This document shows positions 8,658-18,415 of a DNA stretch of 64,000 nt, piece by piece (positions within the stretch are counted from its first letter, which is position 1; the number at the start of each line of letters is the position of its first letter). A program made the translations under genes and the position numbers. The notes under the pieces were generated by a model that did no database searches, was not told the DNA's origin, and saw nothing but the letters and a program-made list of their open reading frames with translations. Source of the stretch: an uncultured Clostridia bacterium (GTDB lineage Bacteria > Bacillota > Clostridia > TANB77 > CAG-508); assembly GCA_944386385.1 (NCBI GenBank), contig CALXAV010000002.1, forward strand, positions 65,366 through 129,365. The letters are read 5' to 3'.

Positions 8658-10747
8658 CCCGAGTTTGCCACTTAATTGAAAAAAATATTTAAGATTTTGC
8701 AAGTAAACACTTGCTTTTTTTGTATTTTATGTATATAATCTTTCTGTCGGTATATAAGTATATGTCATAATACAAAGGAGTAGATATTTATGTATGTAGA
8801 ATCTTTTAAAAATAATGGTATCGATTATCTTCGATTAGTAAAAAGTATTAGAGTATTAAATTCTAAAGGAATTAAAACAGCTCGAAAAAAAGTTGTATAT
8901 AACATTGGTCCTCTTTCTAAATTTGATGATGGCAAACCTGAATATGTTAAACGTTTAAAAAAATCTTTTAAGGCTGGCAAACCGATTATCTCTTCTTTAG
9001 AAAAATTTTGTGATAAAGAAAATCTTCCTGTTGTTCATAGATTTAACATTTTAGAAGGAAGTCCTGATTGTTTTGGAAATCCAAAAATATTTTCTAATAT
9101 TCTCCTTGAAAGAATATTAGAAGAAATTGGCTTAAGAAATTTGTTTTCTTCATATAAAGGATTTACAAAAATAAAATATGATGTTTATGGATTTGCTAAA
9201 CTTTTAATTTTTGGTAGACTATTAAATCCTACGTCTAAATCTTCCACAATAAAACAGAATGATAACTATTATGTTCCAATATTAAATAATTTTAACCCAG
9301 ATAATGTATATGATACTTTAGACTTTATCTTTGAAAATAAAAACAAAATTATTAAAAGAATTAATACTAATCTTGTAAAAAAAGCTAATCGATCACCTAA
9401 AATAATTTATTATGATGTCACTAATTTTTACTTTGAAATTGAAAATCCAGATGAAGATATTTTAGATGAAAATGATAATATAATTAAAAAAGGTATTAGA
9501 AAAAACGGAGTTTGCAAAGAAGAGAGAAAACTTCCAATAGTCCAAATGGGACTATTTATGGATGATAATGGTATACCTATTTCAATTGAGTCTTTTCCTC
9601 GGAAACACATTAGATCACCTCACTCTAAGACCTGCTTTAAAAAATAATATAGACAATTTAGAATTTTCAAAATTTATACTAATTTCAGATAGAGGGATTT
9701 TTCAATATAGAAATTTATTAAATTTATTACAAGACGGAAATGGTTACATAGTAGCAAAAAGTTTATTGAAAAGTTCTCAAGCAGAACGTGACTGGACTTA
9801 TGATGATAATGGCTATACTAAAGTTAATGAGAATTTTAAATATAAATCTAGAATAGTAAAAAGAAGTGTTAAAGATGAGCAAAATGTAAATCATACTATC
9901 GAAGAAAAAGTTGTTGTTTATTGGAGCAAAAAATTTCAAGAAAGGGCAGAAAAAGAAAACAAATCATTTTTAGATTTTATAAAAAAATTACAAAATGCTC
10001 CTGAAAGTTTTAGACTAACAAGTTTACAAAATAAAAGTATACAAAAATTTTTGAAAAAAGAATATATAAATAAAAATACTGGTGAAATATTAAATTCCTC
10101 AGATATAAAGCCAATGTTAGACTTTGATAAAATTAAAGCATATACAAAAAGTTTAGGATATTATCAGATAGTGACTTCTGAATTAAACATGGAAGAAAAT
10201 GAAGTTATCGATAAATACCATGGACTAACGCAAATTGAAGAACAATTTAGAACTATGAAAAGTACTTTAGAAACAAGACCTCTTTACGTACGAACACCAG
10301 AACATATAGAAGCACACCTTCTAATATGCCTTATTGCACTTATTATGCTAAGGATAATACAAAAAAGAATTATCAACTCTAAGCAAATAGAAATTAAGGA
10401 AGATATGTATTGGACAACAGGAATAAATGGAACTAGAATACAAGAAGCACTTAATAAATGGCAAGTTGACTTAATGCCAAATGAATTATATAGATTTATG
10501 AATATGGAAAATGAAGATTTAAAAATAATACTTAATTCATTCAACATAAATATCCCTAAAAAATTATTTACATTAGGAGAATTAAAGAACATAAAAACAA
10601 ATATACAAATTTTCATATAGGTATATAAATGTAGGTATATAAATTTCAAAATTTTAAAACCTTACCTATAGCCTATTATAGCTAATTTATCAATAAAAGC
10701 AGGATATAAAAGTCCTGCTTTTAACCTTTTTAAGTGGCAAACTCGGG
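8658..10747 (+). mobile_element. IS1634-family (IS4 superfamily) insertion sequence
   Basis: Perfect 18-bp terminal IRs CCCGAGTTTGCCACTTAA / TTAAGTGGCAAACTCGGG; transposase with IS1634-like N-terminus 'MYVESFKNNGIDYLRLVKSIR'; long flanking duplication. Confidence 0.85.
8790..10620 (+). pseudogene. IS1634-family transposase, frame broken by one extra base near 9600
   Basis: ORFs 8790-9647 and 9562-10620 join as '...ISIESFP|GNTLDHLTLRP...' if C9600 is removed. Confidence 0.8.
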
Positions 10748-10839
10748 TTATATCATAAACATTATGTAAATTCAAGACAAATATGGAAAAAAATGGAAAA
10801 ATATGCAAAAAAGCTTAAATCTACAACACTTTTACACCC
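10748..10839. repeat. 92-bp direct repeat, right copy
   Basis: Identical by eye to 8566-8657; abuts the right IS inverted repeat. Confidence 0.9.
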
Positions 10840-10866
10840 TTTTTATACTACTTTACACCCTTTTTA
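10831..10866. repeat. two 15-nt direct repeats TTTACACCCTTTTTA, 21-nt period
   Basis: 10831-10845 and 10852-10866; the first copy straddles the end of the 92-bp duplication. Confidence 0.8.
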
Positions 10867-11186
10867 CCAAAAACAAAAAGTAAACAATATAATTCACTTG
10901 ACTATCAAAGTCTAAAGGGTTTGCAAAAGATTTTGAAATACTAAAGAATTATTAGCAAAAGTTTTAGACTTTGATTGTTTTTTGTAAAAAAGTACCCTTA
11001 AAGATTTTGATTAAAAATTCTGAAAAGGGTGTTATTATGAAAAGAAATGAAGGGAATAAGAGAGATTATTTAATTGAAATAAAGGATATTAATAGTTTGT
11101 TATGCCTTTTTAGAAAAGGCAGGTATGCAATAAGAGTTTGCGTATCTGTCTTTTTTTGTAGTCAAAAATTAATAAATTGTCGCAGT

Positions 11187-11227
11187 CCTCCAAAATCAAT
11201 TCGCTCAAAAAACGAATTGATAGGAGG
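11187..11227 (+). promoter_or_regulatory. hairpin sequestering the SD of the 11236 gene
   Basis: CCTCC-aaaa-TCAATTCG ... CGAATTGA-ta-GGAGG; the GGAGG is the RBS of the ATG at 11236. Confidence 0.4.
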
Positions 11228-11235
11228 TAGTTTAA

Positions 11236-11694
11236 ATGAAATATGAAGTAGATTCATATATATTAGAATATAATGAAAAAACAAAACAATATTTTATTTA
11301 TTTTAAAGATAGTGTAAATAATGAATGTAAATTAGAAATAAAAAAGGAAGTATTTGATACATATATGAAATCAAAAAAAGAATACAAAAAGATACAAAAT
11401 CAATATGATAGACATGAAGAGCATTCTGAACAATCAGATATAAGTTTATATAAAAAATCTTATATAAATAAAGTTAGTTTAGAAGATATGGTAATAGAGA
11501 AAATTAATAATAGTGCTTTAAGAAAAATAGTAAAGGAAGTTCCAGAACCACATAATCACCGATTAGAAATGTATTTTTTTGAGGATATGACAATAAAAGA
11601 AATAGCCTCAAAAGAGAACAAAAATGAAAGGACAATCAGATATAGTATTTCTAAAGGAATTAGTGAAATTGCTAAAAAAATTAAAAAAATTTAA
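11236..11694 (+). CDS. sigma-70 region-4-like HTH protein (mobile-element regulator type)
   Basis: C-terminus 'RLEMYFFEDMTIKEIASKENKNERTIRYSISKGISEIAKKI' is a region-4 HTH; strong RBS. Confidence 0.6.
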   Translation: MKYEVDSYILEYNEKTKQYFIYFKDSVNNECKLEIKKEVFDTYMKSKKEYKKIQNQYDRHEEHSEQSDISLYKKSYINKVSLEDMVIEKINNSALRKIVKEVPEPHNHRLEMYFFEDMTIKEIASKENKNERTIRYSISKGISEIAKKIKKI

Positions 11695-12061
11695 AAAATT
11701 TTTCAAAATCATTTCCGAAATAATTAATTAAGTGAGGAAACAAGTGAAGGGAGTAAAATTCTTTCTCTTGTTTCTTTTTATTTGGAAATGAGATGAACTT
11801 TGAAAAGTAAATAACAATTCATTAAATACATTCCCATTATTTTGAGCTAGTTAAAAAGTAAATTTATAACTTACTTTACTTAAATATGAGTATGGCAACT
11901 CATAAGGCGATAATGAATAGTGGGTATAATGATACACTTGTTTAGTCATAGCACGAGCGAGATAAAACCGTCCCACGCATTGAGAACAAGTCTGTTAAAG
12001 CAGATAGGTGAAAGTCCTGTGGAGCATTTGCTAAATGCCGTTTAATGAATTTCTTGGAGAA

Positions 12062-12107
12062 AGATAGAAATAATAAAGGGCTATCTATTTAATTTGAAAG
12101 ATAGCCT
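12062..12107 (+). promoter_or_regulatory. mutually exclusive hairpins directly upstream of the small-ORF RBS
   Basis: AGATAG (12062-67), GGCTATCT (12080-87), AGATAGCC (12100-07); the middle segment can pair with either outer one. Confidence 0.35.
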
Positions 12108-12130
12108 TGAATAAAAAAGGAGTTTAGAAA

Positions 12131-12295
12131 ATGAAAATAATGCTTTTTATAATGATCCTTATTGCAATATTTACATACCTTATTATCTTAGGAAGTAGTA
12201 AAAGCAAAACGAAACAAGAAATAGAATATGAAAATAAAGAACAAAGTAATTATTTAAAAAAATGGGAGGAAAAGAGGAAAAATGGAAATAAGTAG
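12131..12295 (+). CDS. 54-aa membrane peptide, overlaps the MazF-like start
   Basis: AAGGAG RBS; 'MKIMLFIMILIAIFTYLIILG' TM then a charged tail; not in track (under 60 aa). Confidence 0.45.
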   Translation: MKIMLFIMILIAIFTYLIILGSSKSKTKQEIEYENKEQSNYLKKWEEKRKNGNK

Positions 12296-12884
12296 AGGAG
12301 ATATATTTTATGCAGTTTTAAATGAAGATGCAGTAGGAAGTGAACAAACAGGAATTAGACCAGTTGTTGTTTTACAAAATAATGTAGGAAATCTTTACAG
12401 TCCAACAGTTATAATTGCACCAATTACGAGCAAAGTAAAGGTAAAATCAAAATTACCGACACATATTTTTATAGATGAAAAAAGTAATGGATTGCCTAAA
12501 AATTCATTAATTTTATTAGAACAAATAAGAGTAATAGATAAATCAAGAATAAGAAATTATATTGGACATATTGAAACTAATGATATGAAAGAAATTGATA
12601 TAGGTATTATTATTGCATTAGGAATAGATTTGAATAAAGCACTTAAAGATGCTAAGTATTTTGGAAAACTAGCTTTAGAAAAAGAAGAAAAAACAGAGTT
12701 TATTACTATAAAACAAGTTTCATCTTATGGAATTGTAGCGAAAGAGTATTTGAAAAGCACTGGAAATTTAGAAATAAGTAATAAATTGTTTGGGGAGTAT
12801 ATACTAACGCTAATGGAATTATATTCACCAGAAGAAATAGAGAAACAAGCAGATAATATAATAAAGAAAGGTAGGAAACTATGA
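12282..12884 (+). CDS. mazF: MazF/EndoA (PemK) family endoribonuclease toxin with about 85-aa C-terminal extension
   Basis: First ~115 aa align closely by eye with B. subtilis EndoA ('RGD..YA.L....GSEQ.G.RPV.V.QN..GN..SPT.I.A.IT......KLPTH..ID......L..SVILLEQIR.IDK.R....IGH'). Confidence 0.85.
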   Translation: MEISRGDIFYAVLNEDAVGSEQTGIRPVVVLQNNVGNLYSPTVIIAPITSKVKVKSKLPTHIFIDEKSNGLPKNSLILLEQIRVIDKSRIRNYIGHIETNDMKEIDIGIIIALGIDLNKALKDAKYFGKLALEKEEKTEFITIKQVSSYGIVAKEYLKSTGNLEISNKLFGEYILTLMELYSPEEIEKQADNIIKKGRKL

Positions 12885-13311
12885 AAAGAGTAATTGTCTA
12901 TGGCTTTTTTTCGGATGTGGGAATAAATACAGGCGAAAATACCATAAAAAATATTAAAAATTTTATAGAACATACAAATAACAAAGAATGGAATTTACAA
13001 CATATTTATCTTTATACTGGTAAAATTAAAAAAATACTGAACAAATAAAGAAAATAAATAGATTAATTGAAAATAAGTTAGTAGATATTGTAATTTTACT
13101 TAAATTTAAACACTTAGGAAATTGTAGAAAAGATTATTTTTCTTTTATTGATAAAGCATTAGCAAATAATGTTGATGTAATTTCAATAGGAGATAGATTT
13201 ACAACATTAGGAGAAAGTGGAAAGATTAATTATAGAATTTTGAGAAGTATTTTTGAAACGGAAGAGAAAGTAAAAGCAAAACGAAAAGAGAATAGAGATA
13301 AAGAAAGATAA
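12881..13311 (+). pseudogene. degenerate resolvase-like ORF, frameshifted in an A-run near 13030-13045
   Basis: ATGA overlap with mazF stop; second frame reads 'LVDIVILLKFKHLGNCRKDYFSFIDKALANNVDVISIGD', resembling the KLDRLGR...GV...D layout of the resolvase catalytic domain; no clear catalytic Ser. Confidence 0.35.
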
Positions 13312-13331
13312 TTTATGTGAGATGATAGAAG

Positions 13332-13493
13332 ATGAATATAAAAATAGATAATCAAGGAAGTGATGCATATATACATAATCTTGCTTTTGTAAAAGCAATT
13401 TTAATAAAAGAATATGTGCAGAGTTTACCGATGACAAAGACCGATAAAGAAAATATATTAAAGTCAATTCTACAATTATTAAAAAATACTTAA
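13332..13493 (+). CDS. 53-aa hypothetical protein
   Basis: ATG-initiated open frame just upstream of the recombinase; no family recognised. Confidence 0.25.
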   Translation: MNIKIDNQGSDAYIHNLAFVKAILIKEYVQSLPMTKTDKENILKSILQLLKNT

Positions 13494-13551
13494 TTTCATA
13501 CATTTGGATATATAAGCCTCCTTTTTTAAAATCGTAAAAAAGGAGGCAAAA

Positions 13552-15322
13552 ATGAGCGAAAAAATAAAAATAAGAATTGCAATATATTCAAGAAAATCAA
13601 AATATACAGATAAAGGAGATTCAGTAGGAAACCAAATTGAACTTGCAAAGGAATATATAAAAAGAAATTATCCAGAAGATATATATGATGTGGAAATTGT
13701 AATATATGAAGATGAAGGATTTTCAGGAGGAAGTTTAGATAGACCAAGATTTAAAGATTTTTTAGAAGATGAAAGAAAATATCCTTATGATATTCTCATT
13801 TGTTACAGATTAGATAGAATTAGTAGAAATATAGCAGATTTCTCGTCTTTAATGAATGAATTAAATGAATTAAAAACTTCATTTATCTCAATAAAAGAGC
13901 AATTTGATACTAAAACACCAATGGGAAGAGCTATGATGTATATAGCATCTGTATTTGCACAATTAGAAAGAGAAGTAATTGCAGAAAGAATTAGAGATAA
14001 CTTATTTGAACTATCAAAAACAGGTACATGGTTAGGAGGCGAGGCCCCTTTACGGATTTAGTGCAGAAAGATATAAAAAAGTAGAGGTGTGCGAAGAAGA
14101 TAAAGACTGTATATCTAAAAAAAGTAAAGTTGCCTCTAAACTTGTTATAAATGAAGAAGAAGTAAGCAAGGTTAAATTAATATTTACTAAATTTTTAGAA
14201 CTAAAATCAATGTCAAAATTACTGACATATTTAATGAATAACAATATAAGAACAAGAAGGGGTGTATATTTTGGAATATGCTCTATAAGAAAAATGCTTA
14301 CAAATCCAGTATATGCTAAAAACGATAATGATACAATGGAGTATTTTGATTCAAAAGGAATATTTATTTACTGTGAAAATGATGACAGAAAGAATAACAA
14401 TGGCAAATATGGTTTTTTGACATACAACAAAACAAGTGGGTATGGAGGAAAAGAAAAACCCATAGAAGAATGGATAATTGCAGTTGGTCTTCATCCAGGA
14501 ATCATTGATGGGAGAGATTGGGTTGCTGTTCAAATGCTTATTAAAAAAAATGCTGATAAGAAATATAGAGCAGCCATATTGAAAAAGACTAATACTATTG
14601 TAACAGGTTTATTAAGGTGTAAAAGATGTAATTCACTTATGAGAGCAAAAAATATGGGAAAAGCAGATAAAGATGGAAATGCTTATTATAGATATTGCTG
14701 TAACTTAAAAGAAAAATCACGAGGGCATAAGTGTCAATCACTAAATGTTGGAAGTGAAATTGATAACAAGGTTTTTGAAATAATGAAGAATACTTTTGTA
14801 CCTAATTCTGAAATATATAAAGAGCTTCAAAAAATAGCATCAATTAAGAGTAATGATAACTCTAATAGTGAATTGGAGTTCTTACAAAATGCTTATAATA
14901 AAAACAAGGAAGAAATTGACAAATTAGTAGAGAAATTACAGTATATTGACATTGATTTAATAGATATGGTAAATTATAAGTTGAGAGAATTAAAAGAACA
15001 AAAACAAAATTTAGAAACACAAATAGCAAACATAAAAAATAAAACAAAAATTAATAATAATTCTGAAATGCAAACTGCAAAAGGTTTGCTAAAAATTATT
15101 GATAATTCTTTCGACATATTCCATACATTTGATTTAAAAACTAAAAGAGATATTGTAGGCTTATTTATAGAAAAAATCTACGGTGATGGAGAGAACATTG
15201 AAATATATTTTTTGAATAGTCAAATAGGAGAATCTCAAAAAAAGTTTTTCATTCCAACCATTTCATCGAACCTTGAAAATTCTTTTAATGTTGACCTGTC
15301 ATCAGATAGGGTGAGCAAATAG
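13552..15322 (+). pseudogene. large serine recombinase, frame broken in the C-run at 14045-14048
   Basis: Resolvase domain 'IAIYSRKSK...GFSGGSLDRP...YRLDRISRN'; adding one C gives 'GGEAPLYGFS'; recombinase and zinc-ribbon ('CKRCNS...YYRYCC') domains follow. Confidence 0.85.
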
Positions 15323-15989
15323 CAAGCAAGGTGTTGCTTTTAGAAAATGGGCAAATAAAATTTTAAAAGATTATATGTTAAAAGGTTATGCAGTAAATCA
15401 AAAAAGATTAGAGTATTTAGAAAAGACAATAAAACTAATTGATATAGCGAATAGAATGGATGAGAGATTAGAAGGTAGTGATGCAAAAGAAATATTAAAA
15501 GTAATAGGAAGTTATTCCAAAGCATTAAATTTATTAGATGATTATGACCACAGAACCTTAAAGAAAGTAAAAGGAAATATAGATGAAAGAAAAATTAAGT
15601 ATGCTGATTGCATAAATATAATTAATAAACTTAAGTTTAATCAAGAAAGCGAACTATTTGCAGTAGAAAGAGATAAAGGATTAGAAGCAATTATAGGTAA
15701 TATTTATCAAACATTTGGAGGAAAAGAGGTATATAAAAGTATAGAGGAGAAAGGCGCGAATTTCTTATATTTGGTTGTTAAAAACCATGTATTTGCAGAT
15801 GGCAATAAAAGAATTGCAGCGACATTATTTATATATTTCTTAAACTTTTATGGAATTTTGTATAAAAATGGTAAGCAAACAATAGATAATAATACGTTAG
15901 TAGCATTAACATTATTAATTGCAGAGTCAAACCCAAGAGAGAAAGAAGTAATTGTAGATTTAGTAATGAACTTTTTATATAGTGAATAG
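15321..15989 (+). pseudogene. RhuM/Fic/DOC-family gene, 5'-truncated at the recombinase-element junction
   Basis: 'SKQGVAFRKWANKILKDYMLKGY' (RhuM-like) with no start or RBS; Fic motif 'HVFADGNKRIAA'. Confidence 0.7.
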
Positions 15990-16083
15990 AAAAAATTAAT
16001 AAAAGAAGAGTAATTATTGAAAAACTGCTCTTCTTTGTGTTATTATTAGGCTGTAGAAAATTTTAAATAAGAGGGTATGAAAA

Positions 16084-16971
16084 ATGATAATAGATTTACA
16101 TATACATACAAATATTTCAGATGGAGCTTTAAGCCCTAAAGAAGTAATAGATGAAGCAGAGAAAAATGGTGTTTCAGTTATTTCAATAACAGACCATGAT
16201 ACAATTGATAGCTATACACCAGAATTATTTTCTTATGCTGAGAGTAAAAATATAAAACTTATTTGTGGAGTGGAAATATCAAGTAAAAATGAAAAAGCCG
16301 GAATTCATGTACTTGGATATAATTTTGATTTAAATAATAAAGAACTTAAAGAAACATTATTTGGAATTAGAAATTCAAGACATGAATATTTACACAATGT
16401 GGCAAAGAAGTTAAATGAATTAGGATATTTAGTAAATGTAGAAAAATTAGATAAAATAGATTCAGTGACTAAAGCTCATATTGCATTAGATATTGTAGAA
16501 AATGAAAAAAATAAAGAAAAATTAATGTTAGATTTTGGACATATTCCATCTAAGGGTGAATTTATAGAAACTACTATGAATGAGAATTGCCCAGCATATG
16601 TAGAAAAAAGAACACTTACGCCAAAAGAGGTAGCTGGAATTATTAGAAAAACAGGTGGAAAAGTAGTACTTGCACATCCAGTAGCTTATGTTCATGAAGA
16701 TAACTTTACAGATGAAGATATTTTAAAATTGGTAAAAGAAATGAAACCAGATGGAATAGAAGCAAATTATTTGTTTATAGATACAAATGGAAAAATAATT
16801 GATGAAACTGACAAGTGGAATAAATTTGCTGAAGAAAATAAATTATTTGTAACAGTAGGGACAGATTTCCATAGAAAAGAAGGAGTATATAAAGAAATAG
16901 GATTTGTAAATACAGATTTTAAATTAGATGACAAAACTGTTAATGAAATTATTAAAAACATAAATTTATAA
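16084..16971 (+). CDS. PHP-domain metal-dependent phosphoesterase
   Basis: 'IDLHIHTNISDG...ITDHDT' PHP signature. Confidence 0.8.
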   Translation: MIIDLHIHTNISDGALSPKEVIDEAEKNGVSVISITDHDTIDSYTPELFSYAESKNIKLICGVEISSKNEKAGIHVLGYNFDLNNKELKETLFGIRNSRHEYLHNVAKKLNELGYLVNVEKLDKIDSVTKAHIALDIVENEKNKEKLMLDFGHIPSKGEFIETTMNENCPAYVEKRTLTPKEVAGIIRKTGGKVVLAHPVAYVHEDNFTDEDILKLVKEMKPDGIEANYLFIDTNGKIIDETDKWNKFAEENKLFVTVGTDFHRKEGVYKEIGFVNTDFKLDDKTVNEIIKNINL

Positions 16972-16994
16972 AGTAATAAGAAAGGTAAAAAAGT

Positions 16995-17672
16995 ATGAAT
17001 GGAGAGAAAGCTATAAAATTTCTATGGAGTGTATTTACTATAGTAGGAGCAATAATTGTTATAATAGGTTTGATTGTATTTTTTACTGCTTGTAATTATA
17101 AAGATAAAGTAGATACAGTAGGAATAATAACAGATACAGGTAATGGAACAACTGTATCTTATAATGTAGATGGTGAAGAACATGAGTCTAGCTTTAGTGG
17201 ATATTCTTCTAGTTTCCATGTAGGAGATGAAATCGAAATTTATTATGATAAAGATGATGTGAATAAAATAGGTTCAAAATCATTAGATTTATTGTATTTG
17301 ATATTACCAGGATTGGGAAGTATATTTCTTTTAATAGGTGTGATAGGGTTAGCTGTTTTGTCGCACAAGAAAAAGAAAGAAAAAAACTTAAGAGAAAATG
17401 GTGAACTTGTATATGCAGCTTATTCAGAAACTATTATGAATATGAATATTAGAGTAAATGGAAGACATCCGTACAATATCATTGTCCAGTGGAACAATCC
17501 AGAAGATGGAAAGAAATATTTGTTAAAAAGTAAGAATATATACTTTAATCCAGAAATGATTATAGAAGAAAGAAACATAAAGACATTTCCTGTATATATG
17601 AATCCAAATAATAAAAAGAAATATTTTGTAGATGTAGATATTTTAAATAAAGATGTAGTTGATTTAACCTAA
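16995..17672 (+). CDS. DUF3592-like membrane protein
   Basis: Two TM segments flanking a beta-rich insert ('VSYNVDGEEHES...GDEIEIYYDKDD'). Confidence 0.5.
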   Translation: MNGEKAIKFLWSVFTIVGAIIVIIGLIVFFTACNYKDKVDTVGIITDTGNGTTVSYNVDGEEHESSFSGYSSSFHVGDEIEIYYDKDDVNKIGSKSLDLLYLILPGLGSIFLLIGVIGLAVLSHKKKKEKNLRENGELVYAAYSETIMNMNIRVNGRHPYNIIVQWNNPEDGKKYLLKSKNIYFNPEMIIEERNIKTFPVYMNPNNKKKYFVDVDILNKDVVDLT

Positions 17673-17691
17673 AATAAAGGAGGTGGAAAAT

Positions 17692-17850
17692 ATGTATAAA
17701 ACAGAAGTTATTGAATATTCTCCAAAGGCAGATGATATGGCAAAAAAGATAGAAGAAAAATCAAATGAAATGTTAAATAATGGTTATGAATTAGTAACTA
17801 TGTCAGTTACTGGAACTGCAAAAGCAATACTTGTTTTTAAAGGAAAATAA
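17692..17850 (+). CDS. 52-aa hypothetical protein
   Basis: AAGGAGGTGG RBS; not in track (under 60 aa). Confidence 0.4.
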   Translation: MYKTEVIEYSPKADDMAKKIEEKSNEMLNNGYELVTMSVTGTAKAILVFKGK

Positions 17851-17861
17851 AGGAGTAAATT

Positions 17862-18383
17862 ATGCAAGAATTAACAGATACAATCTTATCACAAGATATG
17901 GGAGATGCTGGAGTTATAGCAATATTTTTTATATTAATAGTATTGGTGATTACATTAGTTATATTAATATTTATTTATACATCTAAGAAAAAAGCATCAA
18001 AAGAAAAGAAGGATGAAAATATAGAAAAAGAATTTAAAGGCTATGGCTATATAATTTCTATAGTTATAATAATTGGAATTGTAATTGCTATAATCTTGAA
18101 TATTAGAAATGTTTATGAAAGTGGATTAAACAGTAATTGGTATTTAACAGAGGATGAGGTAATAGACAAATATAAAGATGTAGATTATAATTCTTCTGGA
18201 AGAACTAAAACTTATTATTATGTAGAAGTAGAAGATGGAGAAAAAGTACATATAACAAAGTCAGAATATGAGAAACTAAGTGAAGGAGACGAAGTTTATG
18301 TTTTAAGATATGAAGATGGTAGTGCATATGATGTATATTCTACTAAAGAATATCAGTATAATGGTGAAAGGTTAAAAGAATAG
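17862..18383 (+). CDS. membrane protein, unknown function
   Basis: AAGGAG RBS; two TM segments. Confidence 0.5.
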   Translation: MQELTDTILSQDMGDAGVIAIFFILIVLVITLVILIFIYTSKKKASKEKKDENIEKEFKGYGYIISIVIIIGIVIAIILNIRNVYESGLNSNWYLTEDEVIDKYKDVDYNSSGRTKTYYYVEVEDGEKVHITKSEYEKLSEGDEVYVLRYEDGSAYDVYSTKEYQYNGERLKE

Positions 18384-18415
18384 GAGTAATAAAAGCAATT
18401 AAGGAGAGAAGAAAG

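Noticed and set aside
8455-8679. 74-aa + strand ORF spanning the Spo0A-like gene start, its promoter, the 92-bp repeat and the IS end
   Set aside because: It crosses a gene start, a promoter and the IS inverted repeat, with no RBS. It is explained entirely by those features.
10971-11246. 91-aa ORF upstream of the sigma-like gene
   Set aside because: It has a weak start context and runs through two strong hairpins and the RBS of the next gene. I kept it only as a possible coupling uORF (see finding), not as a protein call.
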